Shown piece by piece: positions 17,828-27,245 of a stretch of 41,561 bases of DNA. The DNA lies in the NCBI GenBank assembly GCA_048938895.1, contig JBHLLU010000014.1:45390-86950 (forward strand). Direction: 5' to 3'. The notes beneath the pieces are model-generated. The model saw only the letters and a program-made list of their open reading frames with translations. It made no database searches and was not told the origin of the DNA. The position numbers and the translations under genes were made by a program. The stretch's first letter is position 1, and the number at the start of each line of letters is the position of its first letter. Source of the DNA: Promethearchaeota archaeon. GTDB lineage: Archaea > Asgardarchaeota > Lokiarchaeia > Sigyniarchaeales > SOKP01.

Positions 17828-18760
17828 CTAAATCCTAAGTCTCCAATACGTTTTGTTTAAATAGATCACTTTCTCAATTTTTTTTTGTTGTTCGAGTTGC
17901 TTTAATTTTTTTAAAATTTGGTTTTCATTTAATTTTCTTGATGAGAAACTTTCTAAAATTTGAGTTTGTCTCATTGGATGTCTTTCAATTATTGATAAAA
18001 GCTCTTTTTCAAAATCAGATGAATAAAATCCAAACTTTCCAGTTTCTGGAAAATTAATATTATTATAATCTTTAAATAGCTCATTTAAAACTGAAATAAC
18101 ATTCTTATCTGGAATTTTCACCCAAACTTCCGAAGGTGGTCTTATAGGAACATTGATGTCAATTCTCTCAGGCATGATTAGATCAATTTTTTTCTTTATT
18201 TTTAATAGATCTTCTTTCGAATCGTTGATTCCCTTCATAAGCATTATTTCAATCCAAAATTTACCTCTAAAAATTCTTTTAAAGTCTATAAGCCCTTGAA
18301 TTACAGAATTGTATTTAATAGAGGGGTGAGGTCGGTTAATTTTTATAAAAGATTTTTCATCACCTGCATCTAAACTAGGTAAAACAACATCAGCAAGTAG
18401 TAGTGCATTTCTAACTTGTTTATTATACAATATGCTACCATTAGTAATTACGCAGATAGGCTTATTTGATAAAACCTTGGCTTTTTTTATTAATTCTTTT
18501 AAATCTTTATATAAAGTAGGCTCCCCACTTCCTACAAATGTTATATAATCAAACTTTCCACCATTCTGTCTAATTGCCTCCTTCATTTCATTAATTATTT
18601 CATTTTTAGGAAAATAATTTTTTCTATTATTTGTAAAATTAGTAGTTTTTCCTAATTGACAATAAATACATTGATAGTTACAGGTTTTTGAAGGAATAGG
18701 ATCAATTCCTAATGAACTTCCTAATCTTCTGCTAGGAACAGGTCCATATACATACTTCAT
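17828..18760 (-). CDS. Radical SAM Fe-S oxidoreductase (COG0731-like)
   Basis: YGPVPSRRLGSSLG, CNYQCIYC, GSGEPTL, ITNGS, PSLDA. Confidence 0.85.
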   Translation of the reverse strand: MKYVYGPVPSRRLGSSLGIDPIPSKTCNYQCIYCQLGKTTNFTNNRKNYFPKNEIINEMKEAIRQNGGKFDYITFVGSGEPTLYKDLKELIKKAKVLSNKPICVITNGSILYNKQVRNALLLADVVLPSLDAGDEKSFIKINRPHPSIKYNSVIQGLIDFKRIFRGKFWIEIMLMKGINDSKEDLLKIKKKIDLIMPERIDINVPIRPPSEVWVKIPDKNVISVLNELFKDYNNINFPETGKFGFYSSDFEKELLSIIERHPMRQTQILESFSSRKLNENQILKKLKQLEQQKKIEKVIYLNKTYWRLRI

Positions 18761-18880
18761 ATAATTACTCTTTTTTAACTAATTGAATAATAAAGATATA
18801 ATATTGTCAAATCGAATCATTTTTAGTAAAATTGAACTTTATTCAAAAAATTTAAATAAAAACAGTTCTATATAAAATTA

Positions 18881-18894
18881 TGAATAATAATTCA
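18881..18894. promoter_or_regulatory. TGAAT-N4-ATTCA palindrome (copy 1)
   Basis: TTATGAAT-AATA-ATTCATAA in a divergent intergenic region. Confidence 0.65.
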
Positions 18895-18929
18895 TAATAA
18901 TTATTATATTATATTAAAGGTAGAATAAT

Positions 18930-19121
18930 TTGAAAAGTTATAAAGAAATAATTAAAGATGATACATTCAAGACAGATGATAACTATTTTGTCGATGCCAA
19001 AGTGTCAAAGATGTGTTGGGGATGCGAAACAAAACATAAATCAGGTTATATGGTTTGGAACTCTACAAAATTACGAAGGATTTTTTTTTGTAAAGAATGC
19101 TTTTCAAAACTAGGAATTTAA
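18930..19121 (+). CDS. Small zinc-finger-like protein
   Basis: CWGC...CKEC; AAGGT RBS before TTG. Confidence 0.55.
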   Translation: MKSYKEIIKDDTFKTDDNYFVDAKVSKMCWGCETKHKSGYMVWNSTKLRRIFFCKECFSKLGI

Positions 19122-19221
19122 GCTTAAATAATTTTGTAAACTTATTTTAAAGGAAATTTTACTTCAAAGCATTGTATAATTTATTTATTGATAATTTATA
19201 TTAAAGTAACCGATTTTTGAT

Positions 19222-19641
19222 ATGAGAGAAGAAAAGTTATTTCCAATTAGTATAAATCCTAATTTGTGCGCTAGATGTGAACGCTGTATGTATAGTTGCC
19301 CCCAAAAAGCTATATTTTTTAAAGATTCATTGCGTTATGTAGACTATGAAAAATGTAAGGGATGTTTAAAATGTGTAAATGTCTGTGAACATGGGGCAAT
19401 CGAAGTCATTTCTATTGAGCAAGGTAAATTAATGGGTTTTTTAGTTGATTCAACTAAATGCAATATATGTAAACTATGTTTGAAAAAAGGTTTCTGCTTC
19501 CAAGACCTTTTTGAACTACAAAAAGATATAAATGGAAAAGAATTGATTAAATTTAAGAAAACAGAACTTTCAGAATGTTACAAATGTTTAAAATGTTTTA
19601 GAACTTGTCCTAATAATGCAATCTTACCTGAGATAGAATAA
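19222..19641 (+). CDS. Polyferredoxin (up to 4x[4Fe-4S])
   Basis: CARCERC...CP, CKGCLKC...CE, CNICKLC.....C, CYKCLKC...CP. Confidence 0.85.
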   Translation: MREEKLFPISINPNLCARCERCMYSCPQKAIFFKDSLRYVDYEKCKGCLKCVNVCEHGAIEVISIEQGKLMGFLVDSTKCNICKLCLKKGFCFQDLFELQKDINGKELIKFKKTELSECYKCLKCFRTCPNNAILPEIE

Positions 19642-19646
19642 TATTC

Positions 19647-19952
19647 TCAAAAATTTTGGTTTGATTCTAAATTTTCTCGTATTACCATAATTTTAGATGC
19701 TAAACCTCTTCCAATAACTAATGAAGTTCCTTTAACAATTATCTCGACAGGACCTCTAAATGGAGCAGACCTTTTCATTACAATTTTGATTCCAGGAATA
19801 ATTCCTAGACAAGCAAGTCTTCTTTTTGCATTATATCCTACATCTACTCTTAATACTATGATTTCTTCTCCAGTTGGGCATTCAATTAATCTTTTAACTG
19901 GAGAGAGAGGTTTATTATAGTCAGGAAATGTATGTTTTATCTTTGGCTTCAT
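19647..19952 (-). CDS. feoA: Ferrous iron transport protein A
   Basis: RRLACLGIIPG...APFRGPV.I.VKGT.LVIGRGLA.KI.V. Confidence 0.85.
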   Translation of the reverse strand: MKPKIKHTFPDYNKPLSPVKRLIECPTGEEIIVLRVDVGYNAKRRLACLGIIPGIKIVMKRSAPFRGPVEIIVKGTSLVIGRGLASKIMVIRENLESNQNF

Positions 19953-20019
19953 GATATTGTAAAGGAAAGATATTTATTCTCTATCTATTATTTAAAATGA
20001 ATTATTATATTTAATACTA

Positions 20020-20033
20020 TTAGATGTACCTAA
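20020..20033. promoter_or_regulatory. DtxR/SirR-type operator upstream of feoA
   Basis: TTAGATGTACCTAA (TTAG-N6-CTAA); a DtxR-family gene lies about 0.7 kb away. Confidence 0.55.
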
Positions 20034-20201
20034 CTATATTAAAATTTTCTAAACCCATTTATTAGCTTTATAATAGTTTATTTCAATTTTAAATCTAAAA
20101 CTATAAAAAGAATGATTTAATTCAAGATCAATTATAATCTAGTACTTTTTTCAGACTTAGCTTAAATTTGGGTGTAGGCTTATATTTTATATTGAGAATT
20201 G

Positions 20202-20276
20202 TGAATAATCATTCACAAAAAGAGTTGTCTAGAACCTCTTTTATAATGATATTTTGGCATTCTGAATAATCATTCA
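20202..20276. promoter_or_regulatory. Two TGAAT-N4-ATTCA palindromes (copies 2 and 3)
   Basis: TGAATAATCATTCA at 20202-20215 and 20263-20276, upstream of the DUF5320 gene. Confidence 0.7.
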
Positions 20277-20339
20277 TAAAGCTTATATATGATTATTAAT
20301 TATTATAATTTAGAGATAAATTAACAAAGGTGAAAAAGA

Positions 20340-20708
20340 ATGCCCGGTGGAGATAGAACAGGTCCGAGAGGTTTAGGACCAATGACAGGTAGAGGTTTAG
20401 GCTTTTGCGCAGATTATGACACTCCAGGATATACAAAAGGCCCAGGAATGGGGCTTGGAAGAGGTTGGGGTAGAGGTCGTGGAGGTTATCGAGGAAGAGG
20501 AATTGGATATGGAAGAGGTTGGGGATGGGACTATAGATATCCCGTTTATGGCCGATATACTCCAGTAGTTCCCCCACAAATAAGCCCAGAGAATCAATTA
20601 ACTATGCTAAAAAATGAAAAAGATTATCTTGAAGCCGAATTAAACGGTATTAAAAGCGCAATAGATGAAATCTCGAAAAAAATTACTAATTTGGAAAAAG
20701 AAGAATAA
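20340..20708 (+). CDS. DUF5320 family protein (Gly/Arg-rich N-terminus, C-terminal coiled coil)
   Basis: MPGGDRTGPRGLGPMTGRGLGFC signature. Confidence 0.85.
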   Translation: MPGGDRTGPRGLGPMTGRGLGFCADYDTPGYTKGPGMGLGRGWGRGRGGYRGRGIGYGRGWGWDYRYPVYGRYTPVVPPQISPENQLTMLKNEKDYLEAELNGIKSAIDEISKKITNLEKEE

Positions 20709-20750
20709 TTTACTTCTTTTTTTTATATTTTCTTAAAAGTTGATATCAAG

Positions 20751-21131
20751 ATGGAAAAAATTCATGAAAGCTATGAAGATTATTTAAAAGCTATTTTTAT
20801 GATCTCAAGAAAAAATAAAGGGGGATGGGTATCTAATTCAGAAATTTCTAATTTTTTGAAGATTAAACCTTCTTCCGTGACCAATATGTTATACAATCTG
20901 GCTGAAAATGATTATATTGATTGGAAACCTAGAAAATCTATAAGAATAACGAAGAAAGGAAAGCAGATTGCTCGTAATACCATCAAAAATTATAATTCTT
21001 TAAAAAAATTTTTCTCAAACATCTTAAAGGTAAAAAATGATGCTTTAATAGAAAAACTATCGTGTGAAATTGAGCATCATTTAAACCCTGAAATTTCTAA
21101 TGCATTAGAAAATCTAATTGCCAATTCCTAG
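20751..21131 (+). CDS. DtxR/MntR family metal-dependent regulator
   Basis: EDYLKAI, PSSVTNM, T.KG, CEIEHH. Confidence 0.88.
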   Translation: MEKIHESYEDYLKAIFMISRKNKGGWVSNSEISNFLKIKPSSVTNMLYNLAENDYIDWKPRKSIRITKKGKQIARNTIKNYNSLKKFFSNILKVKNDALIEKLSCEIEHHLNPEISNALENLIANS

Positions 21132-21148
21132 CAATATAGTCTCCTTGA

Positions 21149-21592
21149 CTAGAAAATCTTATAATTACTATATTTTTCGATTGCGCGTGTTAAAGTTCTA
21201 ACTGCTAGTTCAGTACAGTGCTTATGATCATCCGGTAAACCCCCCAATGCATTTTCAATATCAATTGGTTTTAAGTTTTTTGCATATTCTAATGACTTAC
21301 CTTCTACCATTATCGTAGTTTGAGCTCCAGCTGCTACTGTAGCACCACATCCATCAGTTATGAAATTTGCTTTTGAAATCTTACCATTTTGAATTTTTAA
21401 AAAAAATTGCATTGTATCCCCACAGGATCCCTCATAAGCATGCCATACACTTATTTCATTGTCATCTGGTTTACCCCAATTTTTTGGATTTTTTATTAAT
21501 TTAAAAATGTATTCATTATACATCTCAATGGTTTCTTCATCTATCTCTTTTTGAATTTGCTCAATCCATTTATCCAAATCTTCTGGTGTCAT
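21149..21592 (-). CDS. IscU/NifU-like Fe-S scaffold
   Basis: NPKNWG, SCGD, DGCGA, LGGLP..HKHC. Confidence 0.85.
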   Translation of the reverse strand: MTPEDLDKWIEQIQKEIDEETIEMYNEYIFKLIKNPKNWGKPDDNEISVWHAYEGSCGDTMQFFLKIQNGKISKANFITDGCGATVAAGAQTTIMVEGKSLEYAKNLKPIDIENALGGLPDDHKHCTELAVRTLTRAIEKYSNYKIF

Positions 21593-21612
21593 TTTGATTT
21601 TATCTGTCTAAT

Positions 21613-22494
21613 TTATTTCTTTTCTAAAATTTCACGAATTTTGTTTACTATTTTTTTAAAGGCAGTTGCACTTGCATTTTCTGCATTTTTTATAACAAAT
21701 GGTAATCCCTTGTCGCCTTGAATACCAACTTCTAATTCAAATGGTATTTTGCCTAATAATCGTATATTAAAATCTTCTACTGCTTTTTCAACTCCTCCAG
21801 GAGGATAAAGATTAATATCCTTCCCACAGTGAGGACATTTAAATCCAGACATATTTTCAATGATACCAAGAATATTTCTCTCCATAATTTGCGACATCTT
21901 AATCGTTTTTCGAGCATCCATTAGTGCCACTTCCTGAGGGGTTGATACAACTATTACATTTTCATCAGGGATTAACTGTAAAATATCTAATGTTTCATCT
22001 GAAGTACCTGGAGGTAGATCACAGATTAAGTAATCTAATTCACCCCATATTGCTTCCCCCAAGAACTGTCTTACCGCACTCATCTTCATTGGCCCTCTCC
22101 AAATAACTGGTGCATCAGAATTTTCTAAGAGAGATGCCATGCTTATGACCCTTACATTTAAAGGACCATTGATGGGATAAAATCTTTTCACATCTGCATC
22201 AACTCTTGGTTTAAGCTCTGGAGAAACTCCCAACATTTTAAGTACATTTGGTCCTGTGATATCAACGTCTAAAATTCCGACCCTTAAACCAACACTAGCC
22301 AAACTTATTGCAAGGTTTACGGCTACCGTAGTTTTTCCAACGCCGCCCTTACCAGATATAACTACAATTTTATGTTTAATTTTCTCCATGTTCTTTTCTA
22401 TGTTTTTCATCAGTAAATCTTGTTGCTTCTTTCTTTCTTCCTGAATTGTTTCTTTTAGATTAATATCTGGTATTTCCTTTTCTTCTATAATCAT
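21613..22494 (-). CDS. mrp: Mrp/ApbC/NBP35 Fe-S carrier ATPase
   Basis: SGKGGVGKT, WRGPMK, DLPPGTSD, ENMS..CPHC. Confidence 0.9.
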   Translation of the reverse strand: MIIEEKEIPDINLKETIQEERKKQQDLLMKNIEKNMEKIKHKIVVISGKGGVGKTTVAVNLAISLASVGLRVGILDVDITGPNVLKMLGVSPELKPRVDADVKRFYPINGPLNVRVISMASLLENSDAPVIWRGPMKMSAVRQFLGEAIWGELDYLICDLPPGTSDETLDILQLIPDENVIVVSTPQEVALMDARKTIKMSQIMERNILGIIENMSGFKCPHCGKDINLYPPGGVEKAVEDFNIRLLGKIPFELEVGIQGDKGLPFVIKNAENASATAFKKIVNKIREILEKK

Positions 22495-22556
22495 CCACCT
22501 CTTTTTCGAATAGAAATAGGAAAAATTTAAATAATCTCGAATGTTTTTTATAATTG

Positions 22557-22570
22557 TGAATAATTATTCA
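22557..22570. promoter_or_regulatory. TGAAT-N4-ATTCA palindrome (copy 4)
   Basis: TTGTGAAT-AATT-ATTCATAA between divergent mrp and NifX-like genes. Confidence 0.7.
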
Positions 22571-22621
22571 TAATTTATAAAAGTTTTTATTTACTTATTA
22601 AAAAAAAAAGGTTGAAATAAT

Positions 22622-23056
22622 ATGGTAATTGTAGCTATCCCTTCAATGAGTGAAGGTGGATTAAATGATGAGATGAGTCCTCGTTTTGGGAGGTGCCCTA
22701 GCTTTACTTTTGTTGAATTAGAAAAAAATGAAATTAAAGCCGTTAAAACTGTTCAAAACCATGCTGTTAACACAATGGGAGGGGCTGGTGTGGAAGCTAC
22801 GCAAATTGTAGGCAATAACAATACCGATGTTGCAATTGTGGGCTTTTTAGGTCCAAATGCAGCAAATGGGCTTAATGCATTGAATATTAAAATTTTGAAT
22901 GCACCGAATAAAAAGATGACAATTAAAGAAGTCATTGACCTATATATAGAAGGTAAATTAGAACTCTTAAATACGGCAAATGTAGCTTCTCATTATGGTA
23001 TGGGTGGTCGCGGTATGGGCGGTGGTCGCGGTATGGGCGGTGGTAATCGCCCTTAA
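22622..23056 (+). CDS. NifB/NifX family protein with GMGGGR tail
   Basis: RFGRCP.F, GGAG, GPNA. Confidence 0.85.
   Translation: MVIVAIPSMSEGGLNDEMSPRFGRCPSFTFVELEKNEIKAVKTVQNHAVNTMGGAGVEATQIVGNNNTDVAIVGFLGPNAANGLNALNIKILNAPNKKMTIKEVIDLYIEGKLELLNTANVASHYGMGGRGMGGGRGMGGGNRP
22997..23050 (+). repeat. Coding tandem repeat (~18 bp x3, GMGGGR)
   Basis: GGTATGGG(T/C)GGT(GGT)CGC repeated three times. Confidence 0.8.
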
Positions 23057-23093
23057 TTAAGTCGGAGACTAATTATAAAGCAAGTATGAGAAT

Positions 23094-24011
23094 ATGGATA
23101 ACGATAAAGCCAGAGTAATTTGTATCACAGGAGGTAAAGGAGGAACAGGTAAAACTTTATGCGCTGTTAATATAGCAGTTATGTTCAGAAATAATGGATA
23201 TAAAGTGTTACTTTTAGATGGTGATGTTGAAAATCCAAACACATACCTTTTATTGAATGGAAAACTTGAATATAAGTTTGAAGTTCCCTTTTTCTTGCCA
23301 AAAATCAAAGAGGATAAATGTGCTAAATGTGGGATCTGTGCTCAGAATTGTCAGCCACATGCTTTATTATATATCGATAATTCTGTTCCCATTTTAATGT
23401 CTTCTCTTTGCTCTGGCTGCAAATTATGCTATAAAGTTTGCCCAGAAAAAGCAATCGAACAAGACTTTAAAATACTTGGCTGGATATATTCTACTGAAAT
23501 AAATGGGTTATCACTTTCAGTTGGAGAATTAAAGCCCTCAGAAGCTCGCTCAGCTGGAATTGTTGAAGCGCTCCTTGACAAAAATTTAGAGCAGAACTTG
23601 AATAAGTTTGATGTTATAGTATTAGATACTGCACCAGGCGCACACTGTGATGTTGAACTTTTAATTGATAGTGCTGACCTTGTAATTCCTGTTACAGAAC
23701 CAACGAAATTTGGTAAACTGGATTTAAAGAGAATATTAGAATTGATTAAATTATTACAAAAAGAATATAAGGTAATAGTTAATCGATCGTCATTATTAGG
23801 ATTTAGAGACCAGTTTTTAAAAGAACTTAAAGAAGAAAACATAGAAATTTTAGGAGATATTCCGATGGATGAAGACATCGTGAATTCTTATTGTCAAGGA
23901 ACGCCACTCATGGATACTAATGGAAGTTATGATAAAAATGGACCAGGATTCATTGCTTTTAAGAAAATTTATAATCAGTTAAAGGTTTGGCTAAAAAAAT
24001 TGAATAATTGA
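23094..24011 (+). CDS. MinD-superfamily P-loop ATPase with ferredoxin insert (COG1149-like)
   Basis: GGKGGTGKT, DGDVENPN, CAKCGIC, CSGCKLC...CP, DTAPGAHC, VTEPT.FG. Confidence 0.85.
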   Translation: MDNDKARVICITGGKGGTGKTLCAVNIAVMFRNNGYKVLLLDGDVENPNTYLLLNGKLEYKFEVPFFLPKIKEDKCAKCGICAQNCQPHALLYIDNSVPILMSSLCSGCKLCYKVCPEKAIEQDFKILGWIYSTEINGLSLSVGELKPSEARSAGIVEALLDKNLEQNLNKFDVIVLDTAPGAHCDVELLIDSADLVIPVTEPTKFGKLDLKRILELIKLLQKEYKVIVNRSSLLGFRDQFLKELKEENIEILGDIPMDEDIVNSYCQGTPLMDTNGSYDKNGPGFIAFKKIYNQLKVWLKKLNN

Positions 24012-24026
24012 AAAAAAATTTGAGAA

Positions 24027-24953
24027 ATGGAAAAAAAAACAGTTGGAATTCTATCAGGAAAAGGGGGAGTAGGAAAAACATCTCTTACTGCTTCATTGGC
24101 AAGCTTAGCAAAAAAGGACTCAATGATAAATGTCATGGTACTTGATTGTGATGTTGATGCACCAAACTTGGCTATAATTCTTCCACCTAAAAAGGAATCT
24201 GGTATTAATAAAACTGATACTTTTACTACACAAAAAGCAAAATTTTTGGAAGAATTATGCACTAATTGTAAGCAATGTTTTGATGAACATTTCTGTGAGT
24301 TCAGTGCTCTTAATTGGGATAGTTATAATTCTATCCCAAATATTGATTTTTTAAAATGTGAGGGTTGTGGAGCTTGTAAAGTTTTATGTCCTATGCATGC
24401 CTTCGAAATTTATCCTGTAAAGAGTGGTGAAATTGTATCATATCGTAGTAATATGAATTTTACGTTAGTCTATGGAAAAACTCAATTAGGAAGTACTACT
24501 TCTGGAAAATTAGTGACAGATGCAAAAGAATACCTAAAAAATATTGATGATTTTAAAGAAAGTAACTTGATTTTTATAGATGGACCTCCTGGAATTGGTT
24601 GTCCTGTTATTGCGACTGTTTCAAATTTAGATTATGTCATAGCAATTTCTGAACCAACACCATCAGGATTGCATGATTTAATTAGAGTTATTGAAGTAAT
24701 TAAACAATTTAATATCCCATTTGGATTAGTAATAAACAAATCAAATTTAGAAAGTCCATTTCAAGAGGAATTTAAGAAATTTATAAGAGATACAAAATAT
24801 GAAATACTAGGTAAAATTCCATTTGATTTAAAAATTCCAGAAGCAATGTCTTTTGCTAAACCTATTGTAGATTTTGCTCCAGATTCTTTAGCTAGTTATG
24901 CAATTAAAGGAATTTATAATCAATTAAAAAATTTACTGTGGAATAATAGTTAA
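24027..24953 (+). CDS. MinD-superfamily P-loop ATPase with ferredoxin insert (COG1149-like), second paralogue
   Basis: SGKGGVGKT, DCDVDAPNL, CEGCGAC...CP, SGKLV, DGPPGIGCPV, EPTPSGLHD. Confidence 0.85.
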   Translation: MEKKTVGILSGKGGVGKTSLTASLASLAKKDSMINVMVLDCDVDAPNLAIILPPKKESGINKTDTFTTQKAKFLEELCTNCKQCFDEHFCEFSALNWDSYNSIPNIDFLKCEGCGACKVLCPMHAFEIYPVKSGEIVSYRSNMNFTLVYGKTQLGSTTSGKLVTDAKEYLKNIDDFKESNLIFIDGPPGIGCPVIATVSNLDYVIAISEPTPSGLHDLIRVIEVIKQFNIPFGLVINKSNLESPFQEEFKKFIRDTKYEILGKIPFDLKIPEAMSFAKPIVDFAPDSLASYAIKGIYNQLKNLLWNNS

Positions 24954-24970
24954 GTCTAAAATAAGGGAGA

Positions 24971-25390
24971 CTATATATGCTCTTTAACAAGATAAAACAC
25001 TTTATCAGAATTACATTTAATACAATTTACTTTTCTATCCTTTGAAGCGTTTTTATCTTCCCATTCATGACCACAATCTAAACATCCGTAACCAACAAAA
25101 CTTATTCGGTAATCAATGTTACCACCAAAAACTTTTATTAATTTTCCTTCAATAAGAGCTAAAGTGTTTTTTCGGTGAGCACTTTCAAGAATTCTAGAAA
25201 ATGTAGGTTGACTTATTCCCATTTTCTCCGCTGCTGTTTTCTGATTCAAGCCAATATAATGTTTAAGACGCATAGCTTCAAATTCTGCAACAGTTAGAGT
25301 AATTAAATCTTCACTAGAAGGGGGTTCGGTTGAAAAATATATATTATTTGGTGGTTGACTGACCCATCTTCGATGTCTTCTTCGTCCTAT
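24971..25390 (-). CDS. DUF134 family HTH regulator with C-terminal Zn ribbon; probable ATA start
   Basis: Frame extends upstream of the track ATG (25273) through GRRRHRRWV...YF...LTVAEFEAMRL to ATA at 25390, with GGTGA 6 nt upstream and an in-frame TGA just beyond. AAEKMGISQPTFSRIL; CLDC/CIKC. Confidence 0.8.
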   Translation of the reverse strand: MGRRRHRRWVSQPPNNIYFSTEPPSSEDLITLTVAEFEAMRLKHYIGLNQKTAAEKMGISQPTFSRILESAHRKNTLALIEGKLIKVFGGNIDYRISFVGYGCLDCGHEWEDKNASKDRKVNCIKCNSDKVFYLVKEHI

Positions 25391-25533
25391 ATCAAATCAC
25401 CAAATATTTTAGTATAATCATATTGATTGAATCTTGATATTATATACTTAAAACTATATATTATATACTCAAAACTATTATAAATCTTTTAATCTTGATT
25501 ATCAAAATTGCTGTTATTCAATATACATAATAT

Positions 25534-25547
25534 TGAATAATTATTCA
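25534..25547. promoter_or_regulatory. TGAAT-N4-ATTCA palindrome (copy 5)
   Basis: TGAATAATTATTCA between divergent DUF134 and NifX-like genes. Confidence 0.7.
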
Positions 25548-25612
25548 TTAAATTTAAATTCTACAAAATCCTATTCATAATTAACAATAACAAATTTATG
25601 AGTGGTTAAAAA

Positions 25613-26020
25613 TTGAAAATCGCAATTAGTTCAGATTCAGAAAATGTATCTGCACATTTTGGTCGAGCTCCAAATTTTACTTTCATTACTATCGATAATA
25701 ATAAGTTAATTGAGAAAAAAGTGCTTCAAAATCCTGGTCACACTGTAGGGAGTATACCTAAATTTATAAGTGAACAGGGTGCAGAATGCATGATAACTGG
25801 AGGTATGGGACGAAGAGCACAGGATTTCTTTAGTCAATATGGTATTGAAATAATTATAGGAGTTACAGGAAAAGTCGATGATGTCATTGCCGGGATATTG
25901 GATGGTACATTAGAAGGAGGAGAGAGCCTTTGTTCTCCAGGTGGTGGAAAAGGTTATGGTGTGGAAAAAATTCACACTGAACAAGACGATAACCATGAGC
26001 ACCATCATTCTCATGGATAA
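25613..26020 (+). CDS. NifB/NifX family protein with His-rich tail
   Basis: MKIAI, SAHFGRAP.F, GGMGRRA, tail HEHHHSHG. Confidence 0.85.
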   Translation: MKIAISSDSENVSAHFGRAPNFTFITIDNNKLIEKKVLQNPGHTVGSIPKFISEQGAECMITGGMGRRAQDFFSQYGIEIIIGVTGKVDDVIAGILDGTLEGGESLCSPGGGKGYGVEKIHTEQDDNHEHHHSHG

Positions 26021-26256
26021 TTCTTCTTTCTGAATCTAAAAATAAGTTAAACATAGATTTTTTATTAATTTAAGTAAATCTTAATCAAGTTAGTTAGTAT
26101 TTCAAGTCATTTTTAATAACTCCATTAGGAAGCATATTATCCGGGTGACATTCCCCATTTTCTTCCATTTGATACCTCATGCAGCCTACTAGACTTTGTA
26201 AAACCAAATGTAAGATAAATTTATAAAGAAAAAAAATATTAAAAGTTAATTAATGT

Positions 26257-26766
26257 TTAGTTTCGAATTTGCACTTTTGGGGTAATTTTGGAAGCTCCAC
26301 CGAAATTAGTAATTACTGGACAATGGTTAAAAACTTTATCCATTAATTCATTGATTTTTTCATCTGAAGCATTAGCCTTGATTCTAATGACAGGCTCAAG
26401 CTTGTCGTAACCTGCTAGTTTTGAATCATCAATTCCAAAAATGGCACCTAAATTTATGTGGCCACGTGAAAAAACTTTTAATTCTTCTATTTTAATATCC
26501 ATAATTTTTGCCCAGAATTTGGTTACGGCAATAATACAAGCACCAATAGAAGAGAGAATTACTAATAAAGGTGATGGTCCTTTATTTGTCCCATCTAAAC
26601 CTCCTGGAGCATCAATAAGTAGTTCAAAAGGCTCTCCTGCAGGATTTCCCATTGTACATTTAACTTGCATTCCCTCAGCTAACATTTCGCATTCTATATT
26701 GAAGTTTTTCTCCCCAGCATTCCAATCTGCCTTAATGGCATCATATGTTTCTTTAAAACTTGGCAT
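26257..26766 (-). CDS. OsmC family protein
   Basis: IDAP..LDGT..GPSP, GAC, HCPV. Confidence 0.8.
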   Translation of the reverse strand: MPSFKETYDAIKADWNAGEKNFNIECEMLAEGMQVKCTMGNPAGEPFELLIDAPGGLDGTNKGPSPLLVILSSIGACIIAVTKFWAKIMDIKIEELKVFSRGHINLGAIFGIDDSKLAGYDKLEPVIRIKANASDEKINELMDKVFNHCPVITNFGGASKITPKVQIRN

Positions 26767-26791
26767 ATTCTATCATCACTTCTTATAATTT

Positions 26792-27172
26792 TTAATGAGT
26801 GTGAATTTGATCTGAGTGATTTGCACAGCTAGGATCATTCATTAGTCTCAATTGGCCATTTATTAACATTCTTAAGTTATTTTCTATACTTCCCTGTACA
26901 CCTTGGTATAATTTAATCTGAACTTGTTGAAAACCCATAAAAGGACGCATACCAATCCCTGTTAAGATCATGTCAGTAACATTTCTTTCTTTCATATTAA
27001 TTACGGGCTCCATGCATCCATTATGACCCTGGTTAGTCATTGTAAAAATTTTCTGATAACTATTCTCTTTATCAATTTCAATACCAATAAAATATCTACA
27101 ATGCCCAAAATGAGAGGATATATTATCTGAAATTTCAGTTCCATCAGAAGGAATTCCAATTATTCTACGCAT
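26792..27172 (-). CDS. NifB/NifX family protein
   Basis: SHFGHC.YF, HNGCMEPV, GIGMRP, C-terminal C..H...H.H. Confidence 0.85.
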   Translation of the reverse strand: MRRIIGIPSDGTEISDNISSHFGHCRYFIGIEIDKENSYQKIFTMTNQGHNGCMEPVINMKERNVTDMILTGIGMRPFMGFQQVQIKLYQGVQGSIENNLRMLINGQLRLMNDPSCANHSDQIHTH

Positions 27173-27245
27173 TTATTTCACACTATTTGTTCTTAAAAAA
27201 TATTCAGTCGTAATATATTAAATGGATTGATATATTTATAATTTG

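Noticed and set aside
26095-26210. Relatively GC-rich patch downstream of osmC: short minus-strand ORF (MRYQMEENGECHPDN...) or structured RNA
   Set aside because: No RBS or motif, only weak stems, and OsmC has no UGA requiring a SECIS.
17345-27172. Nitrogen fixation cluster
   Set aside because: No nifHDK or nifEN in the window; the ATPases are COG1149/Mrp types, not NifH.
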